Assembly: GCA_009777345.1 (NCBI GenBank)
Contig: WRMB01000006.1
Coordinates: 25,286-89,285 of the forward strand
Length of the DNA stretch: 64,000 bases
Direction of reading: 5' to 3'
Source: Micrococcales bacterium
Lineage (GTDB): Bacteria > Actinomycetota > Actinomycetes > Actinomycetales > Cellulomonadaceae
Every line of letters starts with the position of its first letter. The first letter of the stretch is position 1. Below are positions 1 through 10,054 of the stretch, piece by piece. The notes below the pieces were generated by a model that did no database searches, was not told the DNA's origin, and saw only the letters and a program-made list of their open reading frames with translations. A program made the position numbers and the translations under genes.

Positions 1-1390
1 CGAGGAAGCCCCACACCATGTCGTCGGAACTGTCCGGGGCGGCGGTGTCGTAGACGAAACCGCCGGAGCGCAGCCAGGTCTGCAGCGCGAGAGCCTGGTC
101 GTACGCCGTGGTCGCGCCGTCGGTGACCTGCGTCGCCAGGGCCGCGATATCGGCGGAGTGCGGAGTATCGGGCACGGTGAGAGCGTCCGGAGGTCCGGCG
201 CTGGTGCCGACGGCGCGCAGCTGGTCCGCGGTCCAGGCGGGGACCAGCGTCTCCATGGTGTACGACATGCCCTCGGCGCTCCGGTCCGGGAGCCAGACCA
301 GGTCGCGCTCCTCGTCGTACCCCCAGGACTGGTAGAGGTTCAGGGTCCGGGCCGAGGCGGTGATCGGCAGGTAGCGGTCGACCAGGCCGACGATCTCCAC
401 CGTGACGACCGTCGGCGTCTGCTCCGCGCCCTGTGCCGGGGTGCCCAGCGGCCCGCGCGGCGGATCGGTGGTGCCGAAGGGAGGGCGGGGGATGTCCCAG
501 CCTGCCCCGTCGAAGCTGGTCGCCGTGAACACCCGCAGCGGACCCAGCTCGGCGGCCGACACCCCGGACACGGTGTAGCGGAACGCCACGTGGTCGGACT
601 GGGCGGTGAGGTCGTGACGCAGGTCCAGGTCGTCGGACAGCGAGATCGTCTGGTTGAAGGGCAGCAGCCGCACCGCCTCGCCCCAGCCGGGCAGGTGGCC
701 GAAGACCGGGGTGAGTGCGAGCGCCACGACGACGGCGGCGGCCGAGCAGGCCACGACCACCCCGCGCCGCCACCACGTCAGCCGTCCCACGTCGGCCAGC
801 AGCACCAGCCACGGCCCGGCGGTGAGCACCAGCGACCACACCGATGTCGGGTGCCCCAGCACCATGCCCGGCAGCCACGGTGTCAGCAGCGCGAAACCGC
901 TGACCACGGGCACCTCGACGGAGACGCACAGATCGGCGAAGACCAGCAGCGCCGCCGCCCCGGCCACCAGGAACAGCACCACCCCCGGCCCGGCGGCCAG
1001 CGGTGGCTTGCCGACCCATATCTCGTGTGCACCGGAGCGCACGGTCTCGCCGAGCAGGTCGAAGGTCTGGTCGGAAGGCAGCAGGTGGACCGCGTCCGGG
1101 TCGCCGAAGACGGCGACCACCAGCCAGGCGCCGAACAGGACCGCGGCCACGGGGGCCACCCCGGGCCAGGGGAGCAGCAGCCGCACCACCACCAGCACCG
1201 TGGCGACCAGGGCGACGGCGCCGATCACCGCCCCGGTCCACCGGCCCGGCGCCAGCACCGCACCCAGCGACGTGAACGCCCCGGCGACGGCCGCGGCCAG
1301 CAGCCCCGTCTGCCCGGCGCGCGCCCAGTCCCAGGTGCGCGCCGGACGCGGCGGCGGGGGTGGCGGGAACGGTCCCGGTGGCAGGCTCAC
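1..1390 (-). CDS. Membrane protein with DUF3488 region and transglutaminase-like domain (TgpA-like); 3' end runs off the window
   Basis: Not in the ORF track because no stop lies in the window. GTG at 1390 overlaps the DUF58 stop (GTGA). My translation gives multiple TM helices, then TAYDQALALQTWLRSGGFVYD...MVWGFL, the typical lead-in to the transglutaminase core. Third gene of the known MoxR-DUF58-transglutaminase triad. Confidence 0.8.
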   Translation of the reverse strand, partial: MSLPPGPFPPPPPPRPARTWDWARAGQTGLLAAAVAGAFTSLGAVLAPGRWTGAVIGAVALVATVLVVVRLLLPWPGVAPVAAVLFGAWLVVAVFGDPDAVHLLPSDQTFDLLGETVRSGAHEIWVGKPPLAAGPGVVLFLVAGAAALLVFADLCVSVEVPVVSGFALLTPWLPGMVLGHPTSVWSLVLTAGPWLVLLADVGRLTWWRRGVVVACSAAAVVVALALTPVFGHLPGWGEAVRLLPFNQTISLSDDLDLRHDLTAQSDHVAFRYTVSGVSAAELGPLRVFTATSFDGAGWDIPRPPFGTTDPPRGPLGTPAQGAEQTPTVVTVEIVGLVDRYLPITASARTLNLYQSWGYDEERDLVWLPDRSAEGMSYTMETLVPAWTADQLRAVGTSAGPPDALTVPDTPHSADIAALATQVTDGATTAYDQALALQTWLRSGGFVYDTAAPDSSDDMVWGFL

Positions 1391-2610
1391 CGTTGCGCCA
1401 CCAGCTGTCGCCACATCTCGTCCAGGCGGTCGCCGGGACGGGCGACGACCACCCGGCAGCCAGCCCGGCGCAGGTCGGCGACGGCCGGACCGTCGGCACC
1501 CGTCACCACCCAGCAGCGTGCCCCGGACGCCAGCTGGCCCAGCGCGGTACGGGCCGACCGGGTCACCGCCTGGTCGGTCGTGCCGAGCACCGCGACCACC
1601 AGCTGCCCGGCTGGTTCGACCGCGGCCAGCGTCCGCTCCAGCCTCGCCGCCGACTCCTGGGCGCTGCGGGCGCAGGTGGCGTCCAGGGTCGGCGCCAGCA
1701 GGCGGGCCCGGCCCTCCGCCTCGGTCCGGACGCTGACCGGTTCGCCGGGTCCGCCGAGACCGAGCAGCGTCACCAGGTGCCCGGCGTCGAACGCCGCGCA
1801 GGCCACCGAGGCGGCCAGCGACAGCGTCCACTCCAGCTCGGCTGCGCAGGCAGCGGACTGGGCGGACGGGACGGCGGCCACCACCGTGACCGGTCGTAGC
1901 CCGGCGTGCTCGTCGGCGCGCACCATGAGCCGACCACGACGCGCCGAGCTCGCCCAGTGCACCCGGCGCAGGTCGTCGCCCTCGGCGTACTCGCGCAGCG
2001 CGACGTCGTCGGGGGACGGTTCGTGGGCACCGAGCGCGACCTGTTCCGGTTCGCCGAGCGTCGTGCCGTCGGGCGCGCCCAGCGGCACGACGTACGGCCA
2101 CACCCGCACGACGTCCGTCGTGCCCAGCGTCGTGGTGCGTCGCACGGTGCCGAACACGTCCGAGCGCGTCACCGTGAGCGGGCCGAGCGGCCAGCGGCCC
2201 CGGACCAGGGCGTACACCGAGTAGTCCAGCACGATGCGGTTCGGCGCCCGGCCGTCGGGCGACCGGGGGGCCCCGGACCAGCGCCAGACGCGCGGCGGCG
2301 GGCCGTTCCCGACCAGCTGGGGTGCGATCTGCTCGTGCACGGCCGTCGCTCCCGCCCCGACGACCACGACCTGCACCTGGGCCGCGCCGCCGACGTGCAG
2401 CGGTTCGGGGGCGACGGTGCGCTCCACCCGCACGGCCGGACCGTCGGGCAGCAGGCTGAGCACCCCGACCACCAGCACGACGCCGAGCAGCACGGCGACC
2501 CGGACCAGGTCCACCGATCCGATCAGTGTCCCGGCGGTGGCGAAGCCGACGGAGCCGACACCCAGCGTCCAGCCGCGTGGTGTCGGCCGCACCAGGCCCA
2601 GCCGTCGCAC
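1387..2610 (-). CDS. DUF58 domain protein
   Basis: C-terminal part of ORF 1387..3258 with LREYAEGDDLRRVHWASSARRGRLMVR. Start uncertain (GTG 2610 or TTG 2658). Confidence 0.85.
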   Translation of the reverse strand: MRRLGLVRPTPRGWTLGVGSVGFATAGTLIGSVDLVRVAVLLGVVLVVGVLSLLPDGPAVRVERTVAPEPLHVGGAAQVQVVVVGAGATAVHEQIAPQLVGNGPPPRVWRWSGAPRSPDGRAPNRIVLDYSVYALVRGRWPLGPLTVTRSDVFGTVRRTTTLGTTDVVRVWPYVVPLGAPDGTTLGEPEQVALGAHEPSPDDVALREYAEGDDLRRVHWASSARRGRLMVRADEHAGLRPVTVVAAVPSAQSAACAAELEWTLSLAASVACAAFDAGHLVTLLGLGGPGEPVSVRTEAEGRARLLAPTLDATCARSAQESAARLERTLAAVEPAGQLVVAVLGTTDQAVTRSARTALGQLASGARCWVVTGADGPAVADLRRAGCRVVVARPGDRLDEMWRQLVAQR

Positions 2611-2672
2611 GCTGCCGCCGAACAGGGCCAGCCGCGTCGGTCCCCGCCCTGTCTCCAAGCCCGGACCCGCCG

Positions 2673-3662
2673 TCAGGCCCAGACCGCGGCAGGCACCGGG
2701 ACGCGGTGGAGCAGGTCGACGACGATGTCCTCGGTGCCGCGGCCGGCCAGGCGGCTGTTGGCCGACGGCAGCACCCGGTGCGCCAGCACCGGCACGGCCA
2801 GCGCCTGCACGTCGTCGGGCAGCACGTGGTCGCGGCCGTTGACCGCGGCGCGGGCCCGGCTGGCGGCCAGCAGCTGGATGGAGGCCCGGGGGGAGGCGCC
2901 CAGCCGCAGCCCGTCGTGCCAGCGGGTCGCGGTGACCAGGTCGACGACGTACCGCTTGATCGCCGGTGCCGCGTAGGTGCTGCGGGCCAGGGCGATGAGC
3001 TGGGCCAGGTGGTGCGGGTCGGTGACCGGACGTACCGCGTCCAGCGGGTCGGCGGTGTCCCGGGCGTCGAGCATGGCGACCTCGTCGTCGGGGCCGGGGT
3101 AGCCGACGGCGAGCCGGGCCATGAAGCGGTCCCGCTGCGCCTCGGGCAGCGGGTAGGTGCCTTCCATCTCCACGGAGTTCTGGGTGGCCAGCACCAGGAA
3201 GGGCCGGGGCAGCTGGTAGCTGCGGCCGTCCACGGTGACCTGGGCCTCGGCCATGCACTCCAGCAGCGCGGACTGGGTGCGCGGCGACGCCCGGTTGATC
3301 TCGTCGCCGATGACGACGTGCGCGAACACCGGGCCGGGCCGGAACTCGAACTGCTCGTGCCGGTAGATGGTCACGCCGGTCAGGTCGCTGGGCAGCAGGT
3401 CGGGGGTGAACTGGATCCGTCCGACGGACGTGCCCATGGCGGCGGCGATGGCCTTGGCCAGGGTCGTCTTGCCGACGCCGGGTACGTCCTCGACCAGCAG
3501 GTGCCCCTCGGCCAGCAGCACGGTCAGCGCCACCTCGACCAGGGCGGGTCGTCCGCTGAGCACCGAGCCGACGGCCCGGCGCATCGCGGCGACGGCCTCG
3601 ACCAGCTCGTCGAGGCCGACGTTCGTCGCCCGGCCTGCCGACCGGTCTGCTGAGCTGAGCAT
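2673..3662 (-). CDS. MoxR-family AAA+ ATPase
   Basis: Walker A EDVPGVGKT, RIQFTPDLLPSD, DEINRASPRTQSALLECM, LPEAQRDRF. Confidence 0.93.
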   Translation of the reverse strand: MLSSADRSAGRATNVGLDELVEAVAAMRRAVGSVLSGRPALVEVALTVLLAEGHLLVEDVPGVGKTTLAKAIAAAMGTSVGRIQFTPDLLPSDLTGVTIYRHEQFEFRPGPVFAHVVIGDEINRASPRTQSALLECMAEAQVTVDGRSYQLPRPFLVLATQNSVEMEGTYPLPEAQRDRFMARLAVGYPGPDDEVAMLDARDTADPLDAVRPVTDPHHLAQLIALARSTYAAPAIKRYVVDLVTATRWHDGLRLGASPRASIQLLAASRARAAVNGRDHVLPDDVQALAVPVLAHRVLPSANSRLAGRGTEDIVVDLLHRVPVPAAVWA

Positions 3663-3824
3663 CGGCACCTCCCTGTCGTGCTCGGGTCTCAGCCTAGGAC
3701 GTTATCCGCAGGCCGCGGCGGTTCGGCGGTCATCTCCCACGACGGTACCGCTCCGGACCAGGACCCGAATCGTCCTCGGGGTGGACCTTGGCCGGTCCGT
3801 CCGGACGGTGCGGGGCGGTCGGGG

Positions 3825-4061
3825 GTGGTCCTCCACTTTCCTCCACGATCCTGACGACGACCGTTGTCTGAGGCGGCCTGGTGGCATCGGACCGCCCTGG
3901 AGGAGACGGTCTGGCGCCCGCTGGGGACTGGGTGAGCTTGTGGTCCTCCACCTTCCTCCACGCAGATGACCTGGGAAGACGTGGAGGCTCTGGGCGATAT
4001 CCGGAAATTCCCAGAGGCAATGTGGAGGGAAGTGGAGTACCGTGGAGGGCATTGGTGCGGC
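3825..4061. promoter_or_regulatory. MraZ-binding GTGG repeat arrays in both orientations
   Basis: Plus strand: GTGG at 4022, 4032 and 4042 and TTGG at 4052 (10-bp period). Minus strand: two copies of GTGGAGGAA(A/G)GTGGAGGACCAC at 3825-3846 and 3940-3961 (21/22 identical). MraZ is known to bind GTG(G) repeats with 10-bp spacing upstream of mraZ. Confidence 0.7.
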
Positions 4062-4082
4062 CGGACTGCGAAAGGAGGGGCT

Positions 4083-4556
4083 GTGACTGATAAGTCTGCG
4101 ACGGACTTCGCCCTCGCTCTGCCCTTCCTCGGCACCTACACGCCGAAGCTCGACGACAAGGGTCGGCTGATCCTGCCCGCGAAGTTCCGGTCCGCCCTGG
4201 CGGGCGGCCTGGTGATGACCAAGGGCCAGGAGCACTGCCTGTTCGTCATGTCCTTCGACGAGTTCCGCCGGATGCACGACCAGCTGCGCCAGGCCCCGGT
4301 CACCCACAAGCAGTCCCGGGACTACCTGCGCGTCTTCCTGTCCGGGGCGACCGACGAGCTGCCGGACAAGCAGGGTCGGGTCTCCGTCCCGCCGCTGCTG
4401 CGCTCCTATGCCGGGCTCGACCGGGACGTCGCTGTCATCGGCGCCGGGTCCCGCATCGAGATCTGGGACCTGGCCACCTGGGAGGCCTACCTGGCCGAGC
4501 AGGAACCCGGGTACGCCGACACCGCGGAGGAGGTCTTCCCCAACGGACCGTTCTGA
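4083..4556 (+). CDS. mraZ: Division/cell-wall cluster transcriptional repressor MraZ
   Basis: [22 protein letters not shown] and [30 protein letters not shown] precedes GTG 4083. Confidence 0.95.
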   Translation: MTDKSATDFALALPFLGTYTPKLDDKGRLILPAKFRSALAGGLVMTKGQEHCLFVMSFDEFRRMHDQLRQAPVTHKQSRDYLRVFLSGATDELPDKQGRVSVPPLLRSYAGLDRDVAVIGAGSRIEIWDLATWEAYLAEQEPGYADTAEEVFPNGPF

Positions 4557-4565
4557 GCCCCGACC

Positions 4566-4646
4566 GTCGTCTGGTCCGACCTCCCCCCGTCGCTCTGGCG
4601 CACTTCCCCGGCGCCAGAGGGCCGGTGGGGGATCAGACCGGACGAC
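4566..4646 (+). ncRNA. mraW RNA motif (actinobacterial cis-element hairpin)
   Basis: Stem CTCTGGCGC (4593-4601)/GCGCCAGAG (4611-4619) with loop ACTTCCCCG. Outer stem GTCGTCTGGTC/GACCGGACGAC. Lies between mraZ and rsmH(mraW), where this motif with a CUUCCCC loop is known. Confidence 0.75.
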
Positions 4647-4696
4647 CGCACCGACCACGCTGCCGACCACCGACCAGACAGAGAGAGGAGCACATC

Positions 4697-5689
4697 GTGG
4701 AGCCGCAGACCGCCGCCCGGCACACCCCTGTGCTGCTCGACCGCTGCCTGGACCTGCTGGCCCCCGCGCTGGAGCGCGACGGTGCCGTCCTGGTCGACGC
4801 CACCCTGGGCCTGGGGGGTCACACCGAGGCTGTGCTGCGCCGGTTCGCCACGGCGCGGGTGGTCGGCATCGACCGTGACCCGCAGGCCGTGGCGCTGGCC
4901 ACCGACCGGCTGGTCGGCTACGGCGACCGGTTCACCGCGGTGCGGGCCGTGTACGACGAGATCGCCGCCGTCCTCACCGGGCTGGGCCTCGACACGGTGG
5001 ACGGGGTGCTCATGGACCTCGGGGTGTCGTCGCTGCAGCTCGACGAGCCGGAGCGGGGCTTCTCCTACGCCCACGACGCCCCGCTGGACATGCGCATGGA
5101 CCCGGACGACGGCCTGACCGCCGCGCAGGTGCTGGCTACCTACGACGAGGCCGCGCTGGCCCGGGTGCTCAAGGAGTACGGCGAGGAGCGGTTCGCCCGT
5201 CGGATCGCCGCCCGGATCGTCGCCGCCCGGGCCACGACGCCGCTGGCCCGGACCGCCCAGCTGGTCGACCTGGTGCGCGCGGCCGTCCCGGCCGCGGCCC
5301 GTCACACCGGTGGCCATCCCGCCAAGCGCACGTTCCAGGCGCTGCGGATCGAGGTCAACGGCGAGCTGGCGACCCTGGCCCGGGCGCTGCCCCAGGCCGT
5401 CGACCGGCTCGCGGTGACGGGGAGGATCGTCGTCGAGTCGTACCACTCGCTGGAGGACCGCATGGTGAAGCGTACCTTCGCTGCCGGTGCCACGAGCAGC
5501 GCGCCCCGCGGCCTGCCGGTCGAACCAGCCGACGCGGCGCCCTACCTGCGCCTGCTCACCCACGGGGCGGACCGGGCCGACGCGGCCGAGGTGGCCCGCA
5601 ACCCGCGGTCGGCGTCGGTGCGGCTGCGGGCCGCCGAGCGGATCGCGCCCACCCCGGCCCGGCTGCGGCCCCGGGGAGGTGCGTCATGA
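4697..5689 (+). CDS. rsmH: 16S rRNA m4C1402 methyltransferase RsmH
   Basis: [65 protein letters not shown] before GTG 4697. Confidence 0.96.
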   Translation: MEPQTAARHTPVLLDRCLDLLAPALERDGAVLVDATLGLGGHTEAVLRRFATARVVGIDRDPQAVALATDRLVGYGDRFTAVRAVYDEIAAVLTGLGLDTVDGVLMDLGVSSLQLDEPERGFSYAHDAPLDMRMDPDDGLTAAQVLATYDEAALARVLKEYGEERFARRIAARIVAARATTPLARTAQLVDLVRAAVPAAARHTGGHPAKRTFQALRIEVNGELATLARALPQAVDRLAVTGRIVVESYHSLEDRMVKRTFAAGATSSAPRGLPVEPADAAPYLRLLTHGADRADAAEVARNPRSASVRLRAAERIAPTPARLRPRGGAS

Positions 5690-6216
5690 GCGCCGCCACC
5701 GCCCGGCAGTACTCGTCCCCCCAGCGCACGTCTGGTCAGCGGGCCCCACGACCGGCCCCGCTGGCGCCCCGGCTGCGGCTGGTGCGCCCTCCCCAGCAGG
5801 TGCGCACCCGGGTGCCGTTCGTGCTGACCTGCATGGGCATCCTCGTCACGGCTCTGCTCGCCGCGCTGCTGCTGAACACTGCGATGGCCCAGGCCGCGTT
5901 CGAGACGACCGATGCCCAGCGGCAGCTGGCCCGGCTGGTCCAGGACAACGAAGATCTCCAGGCCCGGCTGGACGAGAAGTCGTCACCCGAGCAGCTGGCC
6001 GCCCAGGCCCGGGCGCTCGGCATGGTGCCCGCGACCGGGACCGGCTGGATCCGGCTGTCCGACCAGACCGTGTCCGGCGTCCAGGACCCGGCCCCGGCCG
6101 AGACACCGGTCGAGGCCCCGGCGGGGACCGACGGCCCAGCCCCGGCCGAGCCCGAGGTCGCACCGACCGGTGAGGCCCCGCCCGAGGCTGACGGGCCGGG
6201 GCTGGGGCAGCCATGA
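5686..6216 (+). CDS. ftsL: Cell division protein FtsL-like
   Basis: Single TM helix followed by a coiled coil ([16 protein letters not shown]) and [12 protein letters not shown]. Located between rsmH and ftsI. Confidence 0.8.
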   Translation: MSAATARQYSSPQRTSGQRAPRPAPLAPRLRLVRPPQQVRTRVPFVLTCMGILVTALLAALLLNTAMAQAAFETTDAQRQLARLVQDNEDLQARLDEKSSPEQLAAQARALGMVPATGTGWIRLSDQTVSGVQDPAPAETPVEAPAGTDGPAPAEPEVAPTGEAPPEADGPGLGQP

Positions 6217-8339
6217 GCGTCCGGAGGGGGCGGACGCCTCGCACGACGCAGGCCCAGCCGCAGGGCACCTCGTCGGGTCGGCCGCGACAGGCCAAGCCTG
6301 GCACGGCTAAGTCCGGCACGGCGAGGTTCGGCACGGCCAAGGGTCAGCCGCGCGCCGTCGAGCCCCAGCCGCGGGCCGCCGCGGCCCGGCGTGGTGCGGC
6401 CCGCACCGGTCAGCCAGAGCCGCGCGCTGCCCGGTCCACGTCGGCCCGCGCTCGGACCCCGGGTGGCACCAGGACGGGCCGGTCGGCGCGGCCGAGCCGG
6501 TCCCAGGCGCGCGAGCTGGCACCGGTCCGCTCGTCCCGGTCGGTACCGGCTCGCACCGAGACGTCTCGGACGGGCGGACCCGCGCGCCCGCGTCCGGTGC
6601 CGGACGCCCGGCTGGTCGAGGTCGGCGGTCGACGCCGGGTGGTGTTCCTGGGCGTGACGCTGACCGTGATGTTCCTGCTGCTCGCCGGGCGGCTGGTGGT
6701 GGTGCAGGTCTTCGACGGTCCAGCCATCGCGGCGCAGGCCCGCGACGCCCGGCTGACGTCCATCACCGTGGTGGGCAGCCGCGGGTCGATCACCGACTCC
6801 ACCGGTAACGTCCTGGCCAGCTCGGTGCCGCGCTACGACATCTCGGTCAACCAGCGGCTGATCCCGGCCAACCCGGGGTCCGAGGAGGAGAACATCCCGG
6901 CCGGGGCGGCGGGCGTCGCCCAACGGCTGGCCCCGCTGCTGGGCATGGACTCCGCCGAGCTGGGCGGCAGGCTGGTCGGCGACGCGGGCTACCGCTACCT
7001 GGCCAAGGGCGTGGAGCCGAAGGTGGCCCGCCAGATCGCGCAGATGGGGCTCTCGGGGATCAACGTGGAGCAGGTCTCCCAGCGGGTGTACCCGAACGGC
7101 TCGCTGGCCGGGGACATCATCGGGTTCACCAACTCCCGTTCGGTGGGCCTGCAGGGGCTGGAGTCGGCACTGGACGCCGAGCTGAGCGGCACGACCGGCA
7201 CCCAGGTGTACGAACGCGGCGGGACGGGCCAGGCCATCCCCGGCGGCTACCGGTCGGGCGAGACCGCGGTGGACGGCCGGTCGGTCCAGCTGACCATCCG
7301 CTCGGACATCCAGTGGAAGGCCGAGGACGCGATCGCCCAGGCCGTCGCTGCCAGCGGTGCCCGTGCGGGCCAGATCGTGGTGCTGGACCCCAAGACCGGC
7401 GCCGTCCTGGCGCTGGCCGACGATTCGACCGTGGACCCGAACGACCCGGGCGAGGACGCCGCCGGGGCGCTGTCCAGCGCGGTCTCGCACGTCTTCGAGC
7501 CCGGTTCGACCGGCAAGGTCGTGACGCTGGCGGCGGCGCTGGAGACCGGCGCGGTCACCCCGACCACCCCGTTCGAGGTGCCGGACACCTACACCGTCGG
7601 GTCGCAGACCTTCCGCGACTCGCACCGCCACCCGGTCCAGCAGCTGACCACGACCGGGATCCTCGCCGAGTCGTCGAACACCGGGACGGTGCAGGTCGGG
7701 CAGCGGATGACCGCCCAGACCGAGTACGACTACCTGCGCCGGTTCGGCTTCGGGTCCTCCACGGGCATCGAGATGCCGGGGGAGTCCGCCGGGATCCTGC
7801 ACCCCGTGGCCGACTGGGACGGCCGCACCCGGTACGCCGTGCTGTTCGGGCAGGGCCTGGCGGTCACCGCGGTGCAGGCCGCCAGCGTGTACGCGACGGT
7901 CGCCAACGGCGGGGTGCGGATCGCCCCGCACCTGGTCAAGGGCTGGACGGAACCGGACGGCACCCGGACCCCGGGCACCGAGCCAGAATCCACCCGGGTG
8001 GTCTCGGCCGAGACGGCCGAGCAGCTGTGCACCATGCTGGAGTCGGTGGTGGACGACGGCACCGGGTCGTCGGCCGCGGTGCCCGGGTACCGGATCGCCG
8101 GCAAGACCGGCACCTCGCAGAACCTCGCCACCGGCGGGTTCACGGCCTCGTTCGTCGGGTTCGCCCCGGCCGACGACCCGCAGGTCGTCGTCGCGGTGAT
8201 CCTGCACGACCCGCAGACGTCGATCTACGGCGGCGTAGTGGCCGCGCCGGTGTTCTCCGACGTGGTGAGCTACGCCCTGACCGCGCTGAACGTGGCACCG
8301 TCGGGCGTCGAGCCGGACCTGTACCCGGCGACCTGGTGA
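6213..8339 (+). CDS. ftsI: Septal transpeptidase PBP3/FtsI
   Basis: RGSITD dimerization domain, FEPGSTGK (SxxK), SSN (SxN), GKTGT (KTG). Confidence 0.92.
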   Translation: MSVRRGRTPRTTQAQPQGTSSGRPRQAKPGTAKSGTARFGTAKGQPRAVEPQPRAAAARRGAARTGQPEPRAARSTSARARTPGGTRTGRSARPSRSQARELAPVRSSRSVPARTETSRTGGPARPRPVPDARLVEVGGRRRVVFLGVTLTVMFLLLAGRLVVVQVFDGPAIAAQARDARLTSITVVGSRGSITDSTGNVLASSVPRYDISVNQRLIPANPGSEEENIPAGAAGVAQRLAPLLGMDSAELGGRLVGDAGYRYLAKGVEPKVARQIAQMGLSGINVEQVSQRVYPNGSLAGDIIGFTNSRSVGLQGLESALDAELSGTTGTQVYERGGTGQAIPGGYRSGETAVDGRSVQLTIRSDIQWKAEDAIAQAVAASGARAGQIVVLDPKTGAVLALADDSTVDPNDPGEDAAGALSSAVSHVFEPGSTGKVVTLAAALETGAVTPTTPFEVPDTYTVGSQTFRDSHRHPVQQLTTTGILAESSNTGTVQVGQRMTAQTEYDYLRRFGFGSSTGIEMPGESAGILHPVADWDGRTRYAVLFGQGLAVTAVQAASVYATVANGGVRIAPHLVKGWTEPDGTRTPGTEPESTRVVSAETAEQLCTMLESVVDDGTGSSAAVPGYRIAGKTGTSQNLATGGFTASFVGFAPADDPQVVVAVILHDPQTSIYGGVVAAPVFSDVVSYALTALNVAPSGVEPDLYPATW

Positions 8340-8407
8340 CCGGGCCGGGGGCAGCGTCAGGGCGAGGCACGTCACGCAGGTGGGGAGGGCACGGTAACCT
8401 CGCCCCC

Positions 8408-10054
8408 ATGGTGTTGCCCCGTGGACGGCTGCGGCCCGAGCATCCGTCCACCCGCACCCTCGTCGAGCTCGTCGACCGGCTCGCCCCGTCCCTCGTCCTG
8501 CCGACGCCGGACCGCGGCGACACCCGGATCAGCGGTGTGGCCATGGCGTCGGGGGAGGTCGCGCCCGGCGACCTGTTCGTCGCCGCGCCGGGAGCCCACC
8601 ACCACGGGGCGCGGTTCGCCGCCGACGCGGCCGCGGCCGGGGCGGTCGCGGTGCTCACCGACGCCGAGGGCGCCGACTTCGTAGCCGGGCTGCCCGGGAC
8701 GGACCGGCTGGTCGTGCTCGTCGCCGACGATCCCCGCGCCCTGGCCGGTCCGGTGGCCGACTGGGTGTACGGGCACCCGTCGGGCCGTCTGGTCACCGTC
8801 GGGGTGACCGGGACCAACGGCAAGACGACGACGGCCTGGTTCGTGGACGCGGCGCTGCGGGCGGTGCACCGGCTGACCGCGTCGCTGGGCACGGTCGAGC
8901 TGCGGATCGGTGACGAAGCGGTTGAGAGCCCCCGGACGACCGTGGAGGCGCCGGTGCTGCACGGTATCGCCGCGCTGGCCGTCGAGCGGGGCGCGGCCAG
9001 CCTGGTCACCGAGGTGTCGTCGCACGCCCTGGCCCTGGGTCGGGTGCGGGGGCTGCGGTTCGACGTCGTGGGGTTCACCAACCTCCAGCGCGACCACCTG
9101 GACTTCCACCACGACATGGACGGTTACTTCGCGGCCAAGGCCCAGCTGTTCACCGCTGAGCAGGCCCGGCGCGGTGTCGTCGTCGTGGACGACGAGTGGG
9201 GCCAGCGCCTGGCGCGGGAGGCGGCCATTCCGGTGGAGACCCTCAGCACCCACCCCGACGACCGTCAGGCGGCCGACTGGACCGTCGTCGAGGCCGATAT
9301 CGGTCTGGACGGGGTGGGGTCCCGGTTCGTCCTGGTCGGCCCCGACGGGGTGCGGCACGAGGCTTTCTCGCCGCTGCCCGGGCTGGTCAACGTGTCCAAC
9401 GCGGCCACCGCGATCGTCCTGGCCGTGGCTGCGGGGGTGCCGCTGGGCACCGCCGTCGCGGCGGTCGGCGGCGCGGGGTCCGTGCCCGGCCGGATGGAGC
9501 GGGTCGTAGAGCGCGGCCAGGGCCTGCCCCTGGGCCTGGTGGACTACGCGCACACGCCCGACGCCCTGGTGCTGGCGCTGGAGGCGGTGCGGCCGATCAC
9601 CCCGGGACGGCTGATCGTCGTGCTGGGGTCGGACGGTGACCGAGACCAGGGCAAGCGCCCCATCATGGGTCAGATCGCCGCCCGGCTGGCCGACGAGGTG
9701 TTCGTCACCGACGAGAACCCGCGCTCGGAGGACCCGGCGGCGATCCGCGCTGCGGTCCTGGCAGGCGCGACAGCAGTAACCGGGGCTATCGTGCACGAGG
9801 TCACGACCAGCCGGGCGGACGCTGTCCGCCAGGCCGTCGCCGGGGCCGACGAGTCAGATACCGTGATCGTCACCGGCAAGGGCCACGAACCGACACAGGA
9901 GATCGCCGGGGTGTTCCACCGTTACAACGACCGTGACGTGCTCGCCGCGCTCCTGGCCGAGCACCAGTCCCAAGACCAGGCTCAAGACAAGGCTCAAGAC
10001 AAGGCTCAAGACAAGGCTCAAGACAAGGCTCAAGACAAGGCAGAGCGGGCATGA
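8408..10054 (+). CDS. murE: UDP-MurNAc-dipeptide:amino acid ligase MurE
   Basis: GVTGTNGKTT, EVSSHAL, TNLQRDHLDFH, VPGRME, VDYAHTPD, DENPRSE, GKGHE. True start ATG 8408 lies inside ORF 7313..10054. Confidence 0.95.
   Translation: MVLPRGRLRPEHPSTRTLVELVDRLAPSLVLPTPDRGDTRISGVAMASGEVAPGDLFVAAPGAHHHGARFAADAAAAGAVAVLTDAEGADFVAGLPGTDRLVVLVADDPRALAGPVADWVYGHPSGRLVTVGVTGTNGKTTTAWFVDAALRAVHRLTASLGTVELRIGDEAVESPRTTVEAPVLHGIAALAVERGAASLVTEVSSHALALGRVRGLRFDVVGFTNLQRDHLDFHHDMDGYFAAKAQLFTAEQARRGVVVVDDEWGQRLAREAAIPVETLSTHPDDRQAADWTVVEADIGLDGVGSRFVLVGPDGVRHEAFSPLPGLVNVSNAATAIVLAVAAGVPLGTAVAAVGGAGSVPGRMERVVERGQGLPLGLVDYAHTPDALVLALEAVRPITPGRLIVVLGSDGDRDQGKRPIMGQIAARLADEVFVTDENPRSEDPAAIRAAVLAGATAVTGAIVHEVTTSRADAVRQAVAGADESDTVIVTGKGHEPTQEIAGVFHRYNDRDVLAALLAEHQSQDQAQDKAQDKAQDKAQDKAQDKAERA
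9971..10042 (+). repeat. 12-bp in-frame tandem repeat (CAAGACAAGGCT x6) at the murE 3' end
   Basis: Four perfect copies plus two single-mismatch copies; encodes QDQA(QDKA)5. Confidence 0.95.

Noticed and set aside
158-2224. 688-aa + strand ORF, and the many other long antisense or alternative-frame ORFs in the track (e.g. 5736..8375, 28414..31230, 33157..35871, 46241..48916)
   Set aside because: Shadow ORFs of GC-rich genes: Arg/Gly/Pro-rich, no domain motifs, and they overlap well-supported genes.
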